Source: a virus
Length of the DNA: 39,912 nt
IMG/VR virus record: IMGVR_UViG_3300045988_081371
Coordinates: 1-39,912 of that record
Strand: one strand, 5' to 3'
The notes beneath the pieces were generated by a model that was given only the letters and a program-made list of their open reading frames with translations, was not told where the DNA came from and ran no database searches. Position numbers and translations under genes: made by a program. Positions 31,886-39,307 of this stretch are shown here, piece by piece. How positions within the stretch are numbered: the stretch's first letter is position 1; each line of letters opens with the position of its first letter.

Positions 31886-32711
31886 TTTCTACCTCTGGTG
31901 CGCCAATCACCTCTCCGGTGCTTTCGTCAACGGCAACCGCTTCCGCATCTACGACAGCGACCGGGACGCTGAACATATCCTCGTCGATCTCCGTCTTGAC
32001 CGTGCTGTCCTGCGCAATCTGCCGGACAAAATCGGATTTCATAGGTGCATATTTCAGAACCTTTTTCAGGACGGTTTTCTTCGCCATTTCCTCGAAATTG
32101 GTCTGCCAAGGACCCGCGTCGTAAGCCTTGCTGTACTTCTGTGCATGGGCGCGAACGTCATCCAATGTCATGATCTCAAAGCCATACCCGCCGTCCTTTG
32201 TCTTAAACATTGCCCACACGTTCACAGGTTCGCCACGGTCGCCGTTCAGCTTCGGGATGAATTTCAAACTGCATTCCGTGCCATACTCGGCGACCAGCGT
32301 ATCATTTGCATGCCCGATCTGCGCCTGAATCGTTTGAATTTCTCCGGAGCGGTATGCAAGATCAATCATGCCTTTGTACCCAAGCTGGAACTGGCATTCA
32401 AGTCGGCGCTGCTTGCTGTTCCAGTACGGAATCAGATAAGCTTGTCCAAGCGGTGTGTTCGGCTCAAGTCCGAGCTGGGCGGCGGTCATCATCGCGCCCA
32501 AGAACGACTGTGGCGTACACTGTGCTAACTTCGGATTCGTTGACAGCGCGGAAAGCGTGATCCGCGTAAAACGTTCCGGTGTCATGACGGAGGGCAACGC
32601 CTTTTTGATCTCTCCCTCCATCTGCTTGATATACTGCTGCATGGTCGGCTGCGCCGAGCCTGTTTGCGCCTTAATGGCAGTCTGTGCTGCAGCCTGCTGG
32701 ATCTTGTTCAT
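31869..32711 (-). CDS. recT: RecT-family single-strand annealing protein (280 aa)
   Basis: AQLGLEPNTPLGQAYLIPY...QFQLGYKGMIDLAYRSGEI is a typical RecT core. TAATG overlap with the exonuclease gene. Confidence 0.9.
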   Translation of the reverse strand: MNKIQQAAAQTAIKAQTGSAQPTMQQYIKQMEGEIKKALPSVMTPERFTRITLSALSTNPKLAQCTPQSFLGAMMTAAQLGLEPNTPLGQAYLIPYWNSKQRRLECQFQLGYKGMIDLAYRSGEIQTIQAQIGHANDTLVAEYGTECSLKFIPKLNGDRGEPVNVWAMFKTKDGGYGFEIMTLDDVRAHAQKYSKAYDAGPWQTNFEEMAKKTVLKKVLKYAPMKSDFVRQIAQDSTVKTEIDEDMFSVPVAVVDAEAVAVDESTGEVIGAPEVESAESN

Positions 32712-33661
32712 TATTCATCCTCCTTGTTCATTTCTGTAATTTTGAATGGCCGGGCCTGCACCGTTTTATAGAACGGCGTCAAATCGATATCCGGGTATGC
32801 CTCTTTAAAGGCTTTGGGCTGGAACGTCTGCCGGTTTTGCTGCTTCCAAGAGACGTTGTAGCCGTTGCAGGCAGCCCGCTCTGCCGTGCCCATATCGAGC
32901 TTGATCGTGTTTTCAATCTCGCGGCTGTGCTCCGCCAGTGCCGCCGCCTGACGTTTGATCTGCATATACTCCGACAGCATTTGCTCACGTCCGAATAAAT
33001 CAAGCTGTTCGCCGTTGCTATCGGCATAAACCGTGCTGATCGCGTCCGTCGTCGCCTCCGAACCGTCCGGCGCAGGCGGGGCATCTTCCTCGACGCATCG
33101 CCAGAATAGCTTCTCCGCTTCCATCAGCGCGGAGATTTCTGCCTCATCGCGCTCTAGTGTATAGGTGAAAAAACCACGACCGAAAACCAGAACAGCAAGA
33201 TACCAACGCTTCATACCGGTAACAGCCAGATAATGCACGCATTGTGCGTAGTACTTTTCCGGAAACTCCACGCCGCGGAATTGCTTGATGTCCAGCGTCG
33301 AGGTTGTCTTGCATTCTAGCCCCGCGTCCTCGCCGATGATCTTCCGGTCAATGTCGGCGTGCGCCCACGGATACGCAGAATTCCGAATGATGTAGTTGCA
33401 GCGCCGCACCTTTTTCCCAGATGCTTCCTCAAACCGCTTCGCAACATACTCCTCAAGATCTCTACCAATCCGCATCGCTTCTGTTTCATCACGCTCTGCA
33501 AGCCGACCGGTTTTATCCATCCAGACGGTGTAAGGGCTTGCCCACCTGCTGAGTCCTACGATTGCGGCGGCATCGCTACCGCCAATGGACTTCCGCCGTT
33601 CGGCCAGCCATTCCTCTCGGCTCATGCCTGCTGTGCTGACGGTCTGCAATTTCCCACTCAT
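32711..33661 (-). CDS. YqaJ/lambda-Exo-type recombination exonuclease (316 aa)
   Basis: REEWLAERRKSIGGSDAAAIVGLSRWASPYTVW plus DID...ECK motifs of the PD-(D/E)XK YqaJ family, paired with recT. Confidence 0.85.
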   Translation of the reverse strand: MSGKLQTVSTAGMSREEWLAERRKSIGGSDAAAIVGLSRWASPYTVWMDKTGRLAERDETEAMRIGRDLEEYVAKRFEEASGKKVRRCNYIIRNSAYPWAHADIDRKIIGEDAGLECKTTSTLDIKQFRGVEFPEKYYAQCVHYLAVTGMKRWYLAVLVFGRGFFTYTLERDEAEISALMEAEKLFWRCVEEDAPPAPDGSEATTDAISTVYADSNGEQLDLFGREQMLSEYMQIKRQAAALAEHSREIENTIKLDMGTAERAACNGYNVSWKQQNRQTFQPKAFKEAYPDIDLTPFYKTVQARPFKITEMNKEDE

Positions 33662-33678
33662 TTCAATTCTCCTGTTTC

Positions 33679-33885
33679 TTAAGCTGTTTTCTTCTCATAA
33701 CCCAGCGAGTCTGCCGTCATATCGGCAAATCCGCCCGCCTCGCTGATCATCCATTTTAAAAATGCCGGTACGCAGCATTGATGAATGCAGCCCTCATCAC
33801 CTTTTCTGATGATTTCACCGGCGTAAATCTCGCCTCCACAGTATGCGCATTGCGCAACCGGCGCTTCTTGCTGTCTGTCCTCCAT
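33679..33885 (-). CDS. Small Cys-containing protein (68 aa)
   Basis: TAATG overlap. CAYCGGEIYAGE...CIHQCC is a zinc-ribbon-like spacing. Confidence 0.5.
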   Translation of the reverse strand: MEDRQQEAPVAQCAYCGGEIYAGEIIRKGDEGCIHQCCVPAFLKWMISEAGGFADMTADSLGYEKKTA

Positions 33886-34154
33886 TATCTGGCCTCCCAG
33901 ATAATGTATCCTCCACCGGCCGCAAGCAGAGCGACAATCAAAAAGATTGCCGGGGCGTGCGGGACGCCGATTGCCAAAAATGCAGCCGCTGCGCCCGCCG
34001 AGAACGCCGATGCAAAAAGGCTTACCAGCGCGCCGCTTCTCCGTGCCCTTGCCCGGATCTCTTTTAGATGCCGGAGGCGCGCCGCGCGTTCGCCAAGCTC
34101 CTCCGTGCGGGCGCGGTCGTGGTTTAGCCACGTCAAAATTTCTACATCACACAT
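33885..34154 (-). CDS. Small membrane protein (89 aa, two hydrophobic segments)
   Basis: Start MCDVEILTWLNHD overlaps the upstream stop. Contains LVSLFASAFSAGAAAAFLAIG and IFLIVALLAAGGGYII. Confidence 0.5.
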   Translation of the reverse strand: MCDVEILTWLNHDRARTEELGERAARLRHLKEIRARARRSGALVSLFASAFSAGAAAAFLAIGVPHAPAIFLIVALLAAGGGYIIWEAR

Positions 34155-34356
34155 AGTTCTGTTGCTCCTCCTTAATGTGCTTAAGATAAGCACTTAATTT
34201 TTCCAGCCGTGTGCGCCGAAGCGCCGCGGCGTTTACTTTTTGCGCGTCAGTCAGCGCAAACACCTCGCAAGTCTCCAATGCATCCGCCTGCGCGATATCC
34301 AGCGCATCGGCAATGTCCTGCATCTGCTGCGCGCTCAATGTGACGTCGTATCTCAT
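34147..34356 (-). CDS. Hypothetical protein (69 aa)
   Basis: ATGA overlap with the upstream gene. Confidence 0.55.
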   Translation of the reverse strand: MRYDVTLSAQQMQDIADALDIAQADALETCEVFALTDAQKVNAAALRRTRLEKLSAYLKHIKEEQQNYV

Positions 34357-34580
34357 ACCGGCGTCAGCGCTTTCAGCTTTTCGTGCAGCGCAGCGCAGGC
34401 CGCTTCTGCTTTTTTGTAAGATTCTGCAATTTCGCCACGCGCTTTCCGGATTTCTACATCTTTTTCTTTTTCTGCGTTGATCTCTTCCAAGATTGCCCGC
34501 TGGCGCAATCTGGCCTTTTCGTGGCCGAGCGCGATCATTAGGTCAAATCGCTCCAGCGTGGTTAGCTCTAGCTTGTACAT
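34353..34580 (-). CDS. Hypothetical coiled-coil protein (75 aa)
   Basis: SD GGAGGG lies 7 nt upstream of the ATG. Confidence 0.6.
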   Translation of the reverse strand: MYKLELTTLERFDLMIALGHEKARLRQRAILEEINAEKEKDVEIRKARGEIAESYKKAEAACAALHEKLKALTPV

Positions 34581-34758
34581 GGATTATCCCTCCAAAAATT
34601 TGATAAACGGCAGCCGGGGGATTTTCACCCGGTGGGCGCTGACGCAGCACACCGGGAAGCCAAGCTGCTCCGGCCGCTGCCGCGCCAGTAATGATAAGGG
34701 AGCCTCCGGTTTGCTCCATCATTTCTTTTGCCTTTTCAAGGCTCAATTTGTTTACCAT
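34543..34758 (-). CDS. Hypothetical protein (71 aa)
   Basis: SD GAGGA lies 7 nt upstream. The 38-nt overlap with the next gene makes the 3' end uncertain. Confidence 0.4.
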   Translation of the reverse strand: MVNKLSLEKAKEMMEQTGGSLIITGAAAAGAAWLPGVLRQRPPGENPPAAVYQIFGGIIHVQARANHAGAI

Positions 34759-34781
34759 TCCAAATCCTCACTTCTAAAGTT

Positions 34782-35021
34782 TTAATACGGATACGAGATT
34801 GCATCTCGCACCGTTTCGATTGGGATGTGCAGCCCGCGCATCAAGCGCAGAGCCTTATCCATGTACGCTGTAGGGCTGTCAAACAGCTTGTACAGCGTAT
34901 TTGCGCAGCAGCCCGCATATCGGCATGCCGTGGCAACCGGCACTGACTGCGCGGCCATCTCGCCGCGAATTAACGCAGTTAATCGGTAGTCGGTTGTTCG
35001 TTCGACTTTCATTTTCGGCAT
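34782..35021 (-). CDS. Small putative DNA-binding protein (79 aa)
   Basis: SD TAAGGAGGG. HTH-like VATACRYAGCCANTLYKLF. Second gene of the early operon. Confidence 0.55.
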   Translation of the reverse strand: MPKMKVERTTDYRLTALIRGEMAAQSVPVATACRYAGCCANTLYKLFDSPTAYMDKALRLMRGLHIPIETVRDAISYPY

Positions 35022-35034
35022 TCAAATGCCCTCC

Positions 35035-35244
35035 TTACATATCAGCCTCCCTTACAATGTCTGCAACCGTGACGTGATACAGTTCGGCAAGTTTTTCGTG
35101 ATACTTCTTTGATGGCTTGTCTTGCCCGGTTTCCCAATGACATATAGCCGTCTGCGATACTCCGAGTGCTCTTGCTACATCTAATTGCCGCAAATTAGCG
35201 GCATCTCGGAGCTTCCGCAAGTGTGATCGACGAATACAATAAAT
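35035..35244 (-). CDS. Cro-like XRE-family HTH protein (about 69 aa; non-canonical ATT start proposed)
   Basis: HTH LRKLRDAANLRQLDVARALGVSQTAICHWETGQDKP. The only strong SD (AAAGGAGGAA, revcomp of 35251-35260) lies 8 nt upstream of an in-frame ATT at 35244-35242. The nearest in-frame ATGs are over 300 nt upstream, within or beyond the divergent promoters. Confidence 0.6.
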   Translation of the reverse strand: MYCIRRSHLRKLRDAANLRQLDVARALGVSQTAICHWETGQDKPSKKYHEKLAELYHVTVADIVREADM

Positions 35245-35284
35245 TGCGCATTCCTCCTTTAAAAGCTTATAAATTAAGTTTTTG

Positions 35285-35313
35285 TTGACACCCACCAGGA
35301 AGCGCGTTAGAAT
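35285..35313 (+). promoter_or_regulatory. Sigma-70-type promoter for the repressor/lysogeny operon
   Basis: TTGACA (35285-35290), 17-nt spacer, TAGAAT (35308-35313). Confidence 0.65.
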
Positions 35314-35381
35314 GAAAGTGCTGAAATCATCAAAACCCGCTCCCCAGGTGGCTCTTTGCTGTACCTCTTGGGTACACTTAT

Positions 35382-35428
35382 ATAATAACTCATAAAATTC
35401 GGTTTGTAAATCTGTTTTGCCGAATTTT
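35382..35428 (-). promoter_or_regulatory. Early (Cro) promoter with a flanking 9-bp inverted repeat (operator candidate)
   Basis: On the minus strand: TTTACA (revcomp of 35405-35410), 17 nt, TATTAT (revcomp of 35382-35387). The inverted repeat AAAATTCGG (35394-35402) / CCGAATTTT (35420-35428) brackets the -35. Confidence 0.55.
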
Positions 35429-35467
35429 TTAGGTTTCGTATAACTGCACAAATTCAGAGGTTGAACT

Positions 35468-35821
35468 ATGGATATAACGCTAACAAGAATTCTCTCGTTG
35501 CTTCCGACTGACGATACCGGAAAATACCTACGTGGTTCAAAGGCCGAATTTGCTCGAAGCATCGGATATGGAAGTGGGGATATCGTCTCTATGTGGGAAA
35601 ATGGGACGAGCACTTCATATTTCAAAAAGTTGCATCAAATTGCTGCACAGTATAATGTGTCTGTTGAGTGGCTTCGAGGCGAGACGGATATAAAAAATCC
35701 TCCCAGCGCTGACGCTGAGAGGAAATTAAACGAAGAAATTATTTCAAGGCTTGTTTCGCTGTCTCCTGAAGAACTTGAGAAAGTGGACGCTTTTGTGCAA
35801 GGACTCTTAGCATCTCATTGA
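35468..35821 (+). CDS. CI-like XRE-family repressor (117 aa, no peptidase domain)
   Basis: SKAEFARSIGYGSGDIVSMWENGTSTSYFKKLHQIAAQYNVSVEWLRGE is a typical HTH_3 layout. It is divergent from the Cro-like gene. Confidence 0.75.
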   Translation: MDITLTRILSLLPTDDTGKYLRGSKAEFARSIGYGSGDIVSMWENGTSTSYFKKLHQIAAQYNVSVEWLRGETDIKNPPSADAERKLNEEIISRLVSLSPEELEKVDAFVQGLLASH

Positions 35822-36026
35822 GCTTGTACCGCTCTTCATAGCTCATGTTTTCAATGTATCGTTCTGCCTCTTCTCTTGTCATGATTTTTTCCTTTCTTCG
35901 TTTGTGTTGATATTATTTTAGAACTTTTGTTCTGCGTATTCAAGATGCTAGTTTCTACAAAATCCGGTTTCTTTTTTCTATACTCAATAATTTAGTAAGT
36001 CCGATTTATTGGACAGGAGATGTGCT

Positions 36027-36293
36027 ATGTTCTGGAAAGTTGTACTTTTTATAGCCATAGGATATGGAGCGTTCTTTGTCGGCATCTGGGGATTCGCTCA
36101 AATTGTGGGATCTTTGCAGAATATCAAGGAAAGAGGGGCAGCCCTTACAATCTCAACAATCGTCATACACATTGTGCTTTTGTCTGGAATTGCCTTTGTT
36201 GTAATCAGGTTTCTTCCGCTATATAAAACAGCTTTGTTCATTGGCTATGGAATTTCGCTGATAAAAATTCTTTTGTCTGGACGAATCAGGTGA
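36027..36293 (+). CDS. Small integral membrane protein (88 aa, three hydrophobic segments)
   Basis: Start MFWKVVLFIAIGYGAFFVGIWGF behind AGGAGA. Lies in the AT-richer lysogeny cargo. Confidence 0.6.
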   Translation: MFWKVVLFIAIGYGAFFVGIWGFAQIVGSLQNIKERGAALTISTIVIHIVLLSGIAFVVIRFLPLYKTALFIGYGISLIKILLSGRIR

Positions 36294-36299
36294 AGTGAC

Positions 36300-36875
36300 A
36301 TGAAACGTATTATACCGATTTTTGCAGCTCTGCTTTTAATTTTATCTCTGTCTGGTTGTGGTTACTCTGCAAAAGATCTTTCCAACGCGAAAGACACAGC
36401 GTATTCTGCTGGATACAGCGAAGCAGAGATCGCGCACAAGCTTGACTACGAAAACGGCTATGCTGCTGCGGAAGAGGAACACAAAGCTGATTATGATAAT
36501 GGATATAGAGACGGATATAGCGTTGGATATGAAGATGCGCTATCTGACAAAGAAAGTGTAGCTTCTCAGTACTATGATACAGGATACAATATTGGATACA
36601 GCGCCGGTGTCAGCGCCTCAAAAGGAGATAGTGCAGTAGATTCCGCTGCGCCGTCCGAACCATCCGTTTATGCTCCGGAAAATACATCCACTGCTGCAAG
36701 CTCCTCTAGCGCATCTCAAACCAGCTACATAGCAAATACTAGCACATATAAATTTCACAAGCCGTCTTGTTCCTCTGTAAAGCAGATGAAAGAATCAAAT
36801 AAATGGTACTACACTGGATCAAGGGATGATCTGATATCGAAAGGCTACGATCCATGCGGGCGCTGCCACCCTTAA
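36300..36875 (+). CDS. Lipoprotein (191 aa) with GY-repeat region and a C-terminal Cys4 domain; superinfection-exclusion candidate
   Basis: Signal peptide plus lipobox LSLSGC, repeats of the DYxNGY / GYSxGY type, and C-terminus YKFHKPSCSSVKQM...GYDPCGRCHP. Confidence 0.7.
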   Translation: MKRIIPIFAALLLILSLSGCGYSAKDLSNAKDTAYSAGYSEAEIAHKLDYENGYAAAEEEHKADYDNGYRDGYSVGYEDALSDKESVASQYYDTGYNIGYSAGVSASKGDSAVDSAAPSEPSVYAPENTSTAASSSSASQTSYIANTSTYKFHKPSCSSVKQMKESNKWYYTGSRDDLISKGYDPCGRCHP

Positions 36876-36902
36876 TTCTGGCGCATCCGGAAGTATGCAT
36901 TC

Positions 36903-36948
36903 AGTTCCCGCCGCTCCGTCAGAAGTCGGCGGGAACTTTTGCTTTTTG
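36903..36948 (+). terminator. Rho-independent terminator after the lipoprotein gene
   Basis: AGTTCCCGCCG / CGGCGGGAACT 11-bp stem followed by TTTGCTTTTTG. Confidence 0.7.
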
Positions 36949-37064
36949 CAGGCGATTGGGAGCGCTTGCAGGTATATATTAACAGTTTGCTGGAAAACAT
37001 TACAAGTTCATTGTGCAACATTTGATGTTGAGATCAAAACATTTTGTGAAAAGTTGGCGATTTT

Positions 37065-37553
37065 ATGAAGAATGCTCTTGTCGAAGCGTGCCGAAAAGCA
37101 AAGAACAGCGCAGACCCGAAAGTAACGAATCAAGATGTTTGTAATGCGACCGGACTTAGCGAGACAGCAGTAAACAATTTCTTGCGCGGGAGTACAAAAG
37201 ATCCTCCATTGGGCACTGCGGTTGCGATTGCAAAATATTTGGGCGTGTCCGTAGATTTGGCCTGCGGAATCAAAACAGACTCCATTGACGCAAAATTATA
37301 TACGGAGTTGCAGCGTACACAAGATGAGCTAGACGCAAAGAATCGCGATCTAACTGCGGCGCAGGAAAAGCTGGCATATCAGGAGCGCGCCTTGCGAATG
37401 CACCGCATCGTGACAATGATCCTGCTTGCGCTGCTGGCGATTGTAGTGATTGCGCTAATTGCCGATCTGATCAATCCAACTGTCGGCTGGATACGGCGAG
37501 CGCGCGGCTATCTTAGCGGCTTCCTGACAGCTTGGAAAGGAGGTGTCCTATGA
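37065..37553 (+). CDS. Membrane-anchored XRE-type HTH protein (162 aa): HTH, coiled coil, C-terminal TM helix
   Basis: TNQDVCNATGLSETAVNNFLRGSTKDPPLGTAVAIAKYLGVSVDL forms the HTH, ELQRTQDELDAKNRDLTAAQEKLAYQERAL the coiled coil, and IVTMILLALLAIVVIALIADLI the TM helix. ATGA overlap with int. Confidence 0.7.
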   Translation: MKNALVEACRKAKNSADPKVTNQDVCNATGLSETAVNNFLRGSTKDPPLGTAVAIAKYLGVSVDLACGIKTDSIDAKLYTELQRTQDELDAKNRDLTAAQEKLAYQERALRMHRIVTMILLALLAIVVIALIADLINPTVGWIRRARGYLSGFLTAWKGGVL

Positions 37554-38581
37554 AAGTACCAGAGCCGCGCAAACTGAGCAGCGGGACATGGTTCATACAA
37601 CTGCGCCTCTCCGGCCAGAGCATCCCTGTGTCTGCGCTTACGCGCAAGGACTGCATCCGGCAGGCCGAGATGATCAAGGCACAGCACCGTACCGGGAAAA
37701 TGGAGCAAAAATACAAGACGGACAAAACTGTGCGCGAGCTGATGGCCGACTACATCGAGAGTATCCGCGCAACGGCCTCGCCGTCGACGATACGCGGCTA
37801 TATCACGATCCGGGACAATCGCTTCCAGTCCGTCGCAAACAAGTCGGCGGACAGGATAAAAAACTGGCAGCGTGTGATCGACGCCGAGGCCGACCTCACA
37901 TCTGCCAAAACTTTAAAAAACGCCTGGGGCTTTTTGCGGACGGCCATGCGCCACGCGGGCATGACGCCGCCGGACGTGCGCCTCCCGCAGCTGGTGCCGC
38001 CTGACAAACTATGGTTGGAGCCGGACGACATCCTCCGCTTTGTAAAGCTCCTGCACGGCCAGCCTTGCGAGATCCCGGCGCTGCTGGCTCTGCACGGCCT
38101 GCGGCGCTCAGAGATCTTTGCGATGACCTACGGCAAAATCGATTTGCGCGCGCGGACGATTACGGTGCATGGTGCTGCCGTTATGGATGAGCATGATAAG
38201 CTCATCCAAAAACCGACCAACAAAAACGCCTCTTCTCGGCGCGTCGTCCCGATTATGATACCCACTCTTGTGGATGCCCTCCGCGCCGCTCCCGCGCATG
38301 GCCCTGACGATCTTATCTATACGGCCAACGCAAACACGCTCTATAATCAGATCAACCGCCTTTGTCGGGATAACGATCTGCCGGAGGTTGGCGTACACGG
38401 TTTGCGACATAGCTTTGCATCGCTGGCGTATCATCTCGGTCTGACGGAGCAGGAGACAATGGAGTTGGGCGGCTGGTCGGACTACAATACCATGCGCAAG
38501 ATCTATACACACCTCGCGGCGGCTGATCGCCTTAAGGGTCACAACAAACTTGCGGCGTTTTTTGATGATAATGCTAAATGA
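37550..38581 (+). CDS. int: Tyrosine recombinase/integrase (343 aa)
   Basis: C-terminal catalytic region LHGLRRSE...VHGLRHSFASLAYHLG...GGWSDYNTMRKIYTHL (R, HxxR, Y). Start MKVPEPRK behind AAAGGAGGTG. Confidence 0.95.
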   Translation: MKVPEPRKLSSGTWFIQLRLSGQSIPVSALTRKDCIRQAEMIKAQHRTGKMEQKYKTDKTVRELMADYIESIRATASPSTIRGYITIRDNRFQSVANKSADRIKNWQRVIDAEADLTSAKTLKNAWGFLRTAMRHAGMTPPDVRLPQLVPPDKLWLEPDDILRFVKLLHGQPCEIPALLALHGLRRSEIFAMTYGKIDLRARTITVHGAAVMDEHDKLIQKPTNKNASSRRVVPIMIPTLVDALRAAPAHGPDDLIYTANANTLYNQINRLCRDNDLPEVGVHGLRHSFASLAYHLGLTEQETMELGGWSDYNTMRKIYTHLAAADRLKGHNKLAAFFDDNAK

Positions 38582-38637
38582 TTTGCTAATACGTATTAAA
38601 AGTCATTGATATTACAGGCATTTTGCGCATTACATTA

Positions 38638-38664
38638 CGGGTTCAAGTCCCGCCTCGCGCACCA
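38638..38664 (+). other. attP core candidate: 3'-terminal fragment of a tRNA gene (T-arm, acceptor 3' strand, CCA)
   Basis: CGGG-TTCAAGT-CCCG-C-CTCGCGC-A-CCA lies 57 nt downstream of int. No complementary GCGCGAG 5' acceptor strand or D/anticodon arms lie upstream, so it is not a complete tRNA. Confidence 0.65.
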
Positions 38665-38673
38665 TAAAAGAAA

Positions 38674-38710
38674 AACCAGCAATCCGTTGAGATTGCTGGT
38701 TTTTCTTTGC
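38674..38710. terminator. Bidirectional terminator hairpin next to attP
   Basis: AACCAGCAATC / GATTGCTGGTT 11-bp stem with loop CGTTGA, and T-runs on both strands. Confidence 0.7.
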
Positions 38711-38797
38711 ATATCAACGCTTCCCGGCGTTTTCGGCATTCTGTGAACGTGCAATATGTTGCACATCTGTACAAGCAAAATTGCGCCCGCAGAACAC

Positions 38798-38821
38798 AAA
38801 ATGCTAACTAAAAATGCTAAC
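38798..38821. repeat. Direct repeat AAAATGCTAAC x2 (13-bp period); candidate integrase arm-type sites
   Basis: Copies at 38798-38808 and 38811-38821. Related TGCTAA motifs occur on the other side of the core at 38572-38577 and 38584-38589. Confidence 0.4.
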
Positions 38822-38825
38822 GAAA

Positions 38826-39305
38826 TCAGCTGTGCGACGCGATATGCTTATAGTACTCGCACAGCTTTTCTTCCGGCGCGGGTGCGTCCTTGTCCATCAA
38901 AAACGCCTGCGCCAGAGCTGCATAAAATTCCGGACGGTCAACGCCGAATTCCGCAGCCACGGCGTAATAGTCCGAGTACATCATATTCATTGTCACGCCC
39001 CACGCCCAGCGCGGGACAACAGATGTCTGAATGCCCATGCTCTCGGCAACGGCCGTCGTCTGCTCCATCGTCCAGTGCGGGCCGGTCGTGCCGTCGGCGT
39101 TTTGCATGTTGTCCATCCACGCTTTTGCATCGTCTTCGGTAAATTCCATCATTTTCGTGGACTCACGAAAATGATCGCCACTCAGCTTATGCAGCAAGCA
39201 GATAGCATCTGCATACACCGTAACTTCCTCCGCGCGTCCAAGGGTCACGGGCTTTCCCATGACCTTGTGCATCTCTTGATGCAGCTTGTCAATATACTCC
39301 TGCAT
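38826..39305 (-). CDS. Hypothetical protein (159 aa), third gene of the attP-proximal cargo operon
   Basis: Complete ORF. Motifs GPHWTMEQT and NMMYSDYYAVAAEFG look familiar from uncharacterised Firmicutes proteins, but I cannot name a family. Confidence 0.65.
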   Translation of the reverse strand: MQEYIDKLHQEMHKVMGKPVTLGRAEEVTVYADAICLLHKLSGDHFRESTKMMEFTEDDAKAWMDNMQNADGTTGPHWTMEQTTAVAESMGIQTSVVPRWAWGVTMNMMYSDYYAVAAEFGVDRPEFYAALAQAFLMDKDAPAPEEKLCEYYKHIASHS

Positions 39306-39307
39306 GT

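Noticed and set aside
35245-35625. The N-terminal 127 residues of the 196-aa ORF containing the Cro-like HTH
   Set aside because: The extension runs through both switch promoters and overlaps the divergent repressor gene by about 160 nt. It has no SD at its ATG and a non-protein-like composition. A strong SD sits just before the HTH part, so only 35035-35244 is called.
35739-35882. 47-codon minus-strand ORF (MTREEAERYIENMSYEERYKLNEM...) with an AAAGGA SD, convergent with the repressor gene and overlapping its 3' end by 83 nt
   Set aside because: More than half of it is antisense to a confident CDS and no promoter is evident. I kept it as a note only; it could be a real antisense-encoded peptide, but the evidence is insufficient.
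38589-38664. A complete tRNA gene downstream of int
   Set aside because: Only the T-arm, 3' acceptor strand and CCA are present. The upstream 50 nt contain no complementary 5' acceptor strand (GCGCGAG), D-arm or anticodon arm. It is an attP core mimic, not a functional tRNA.
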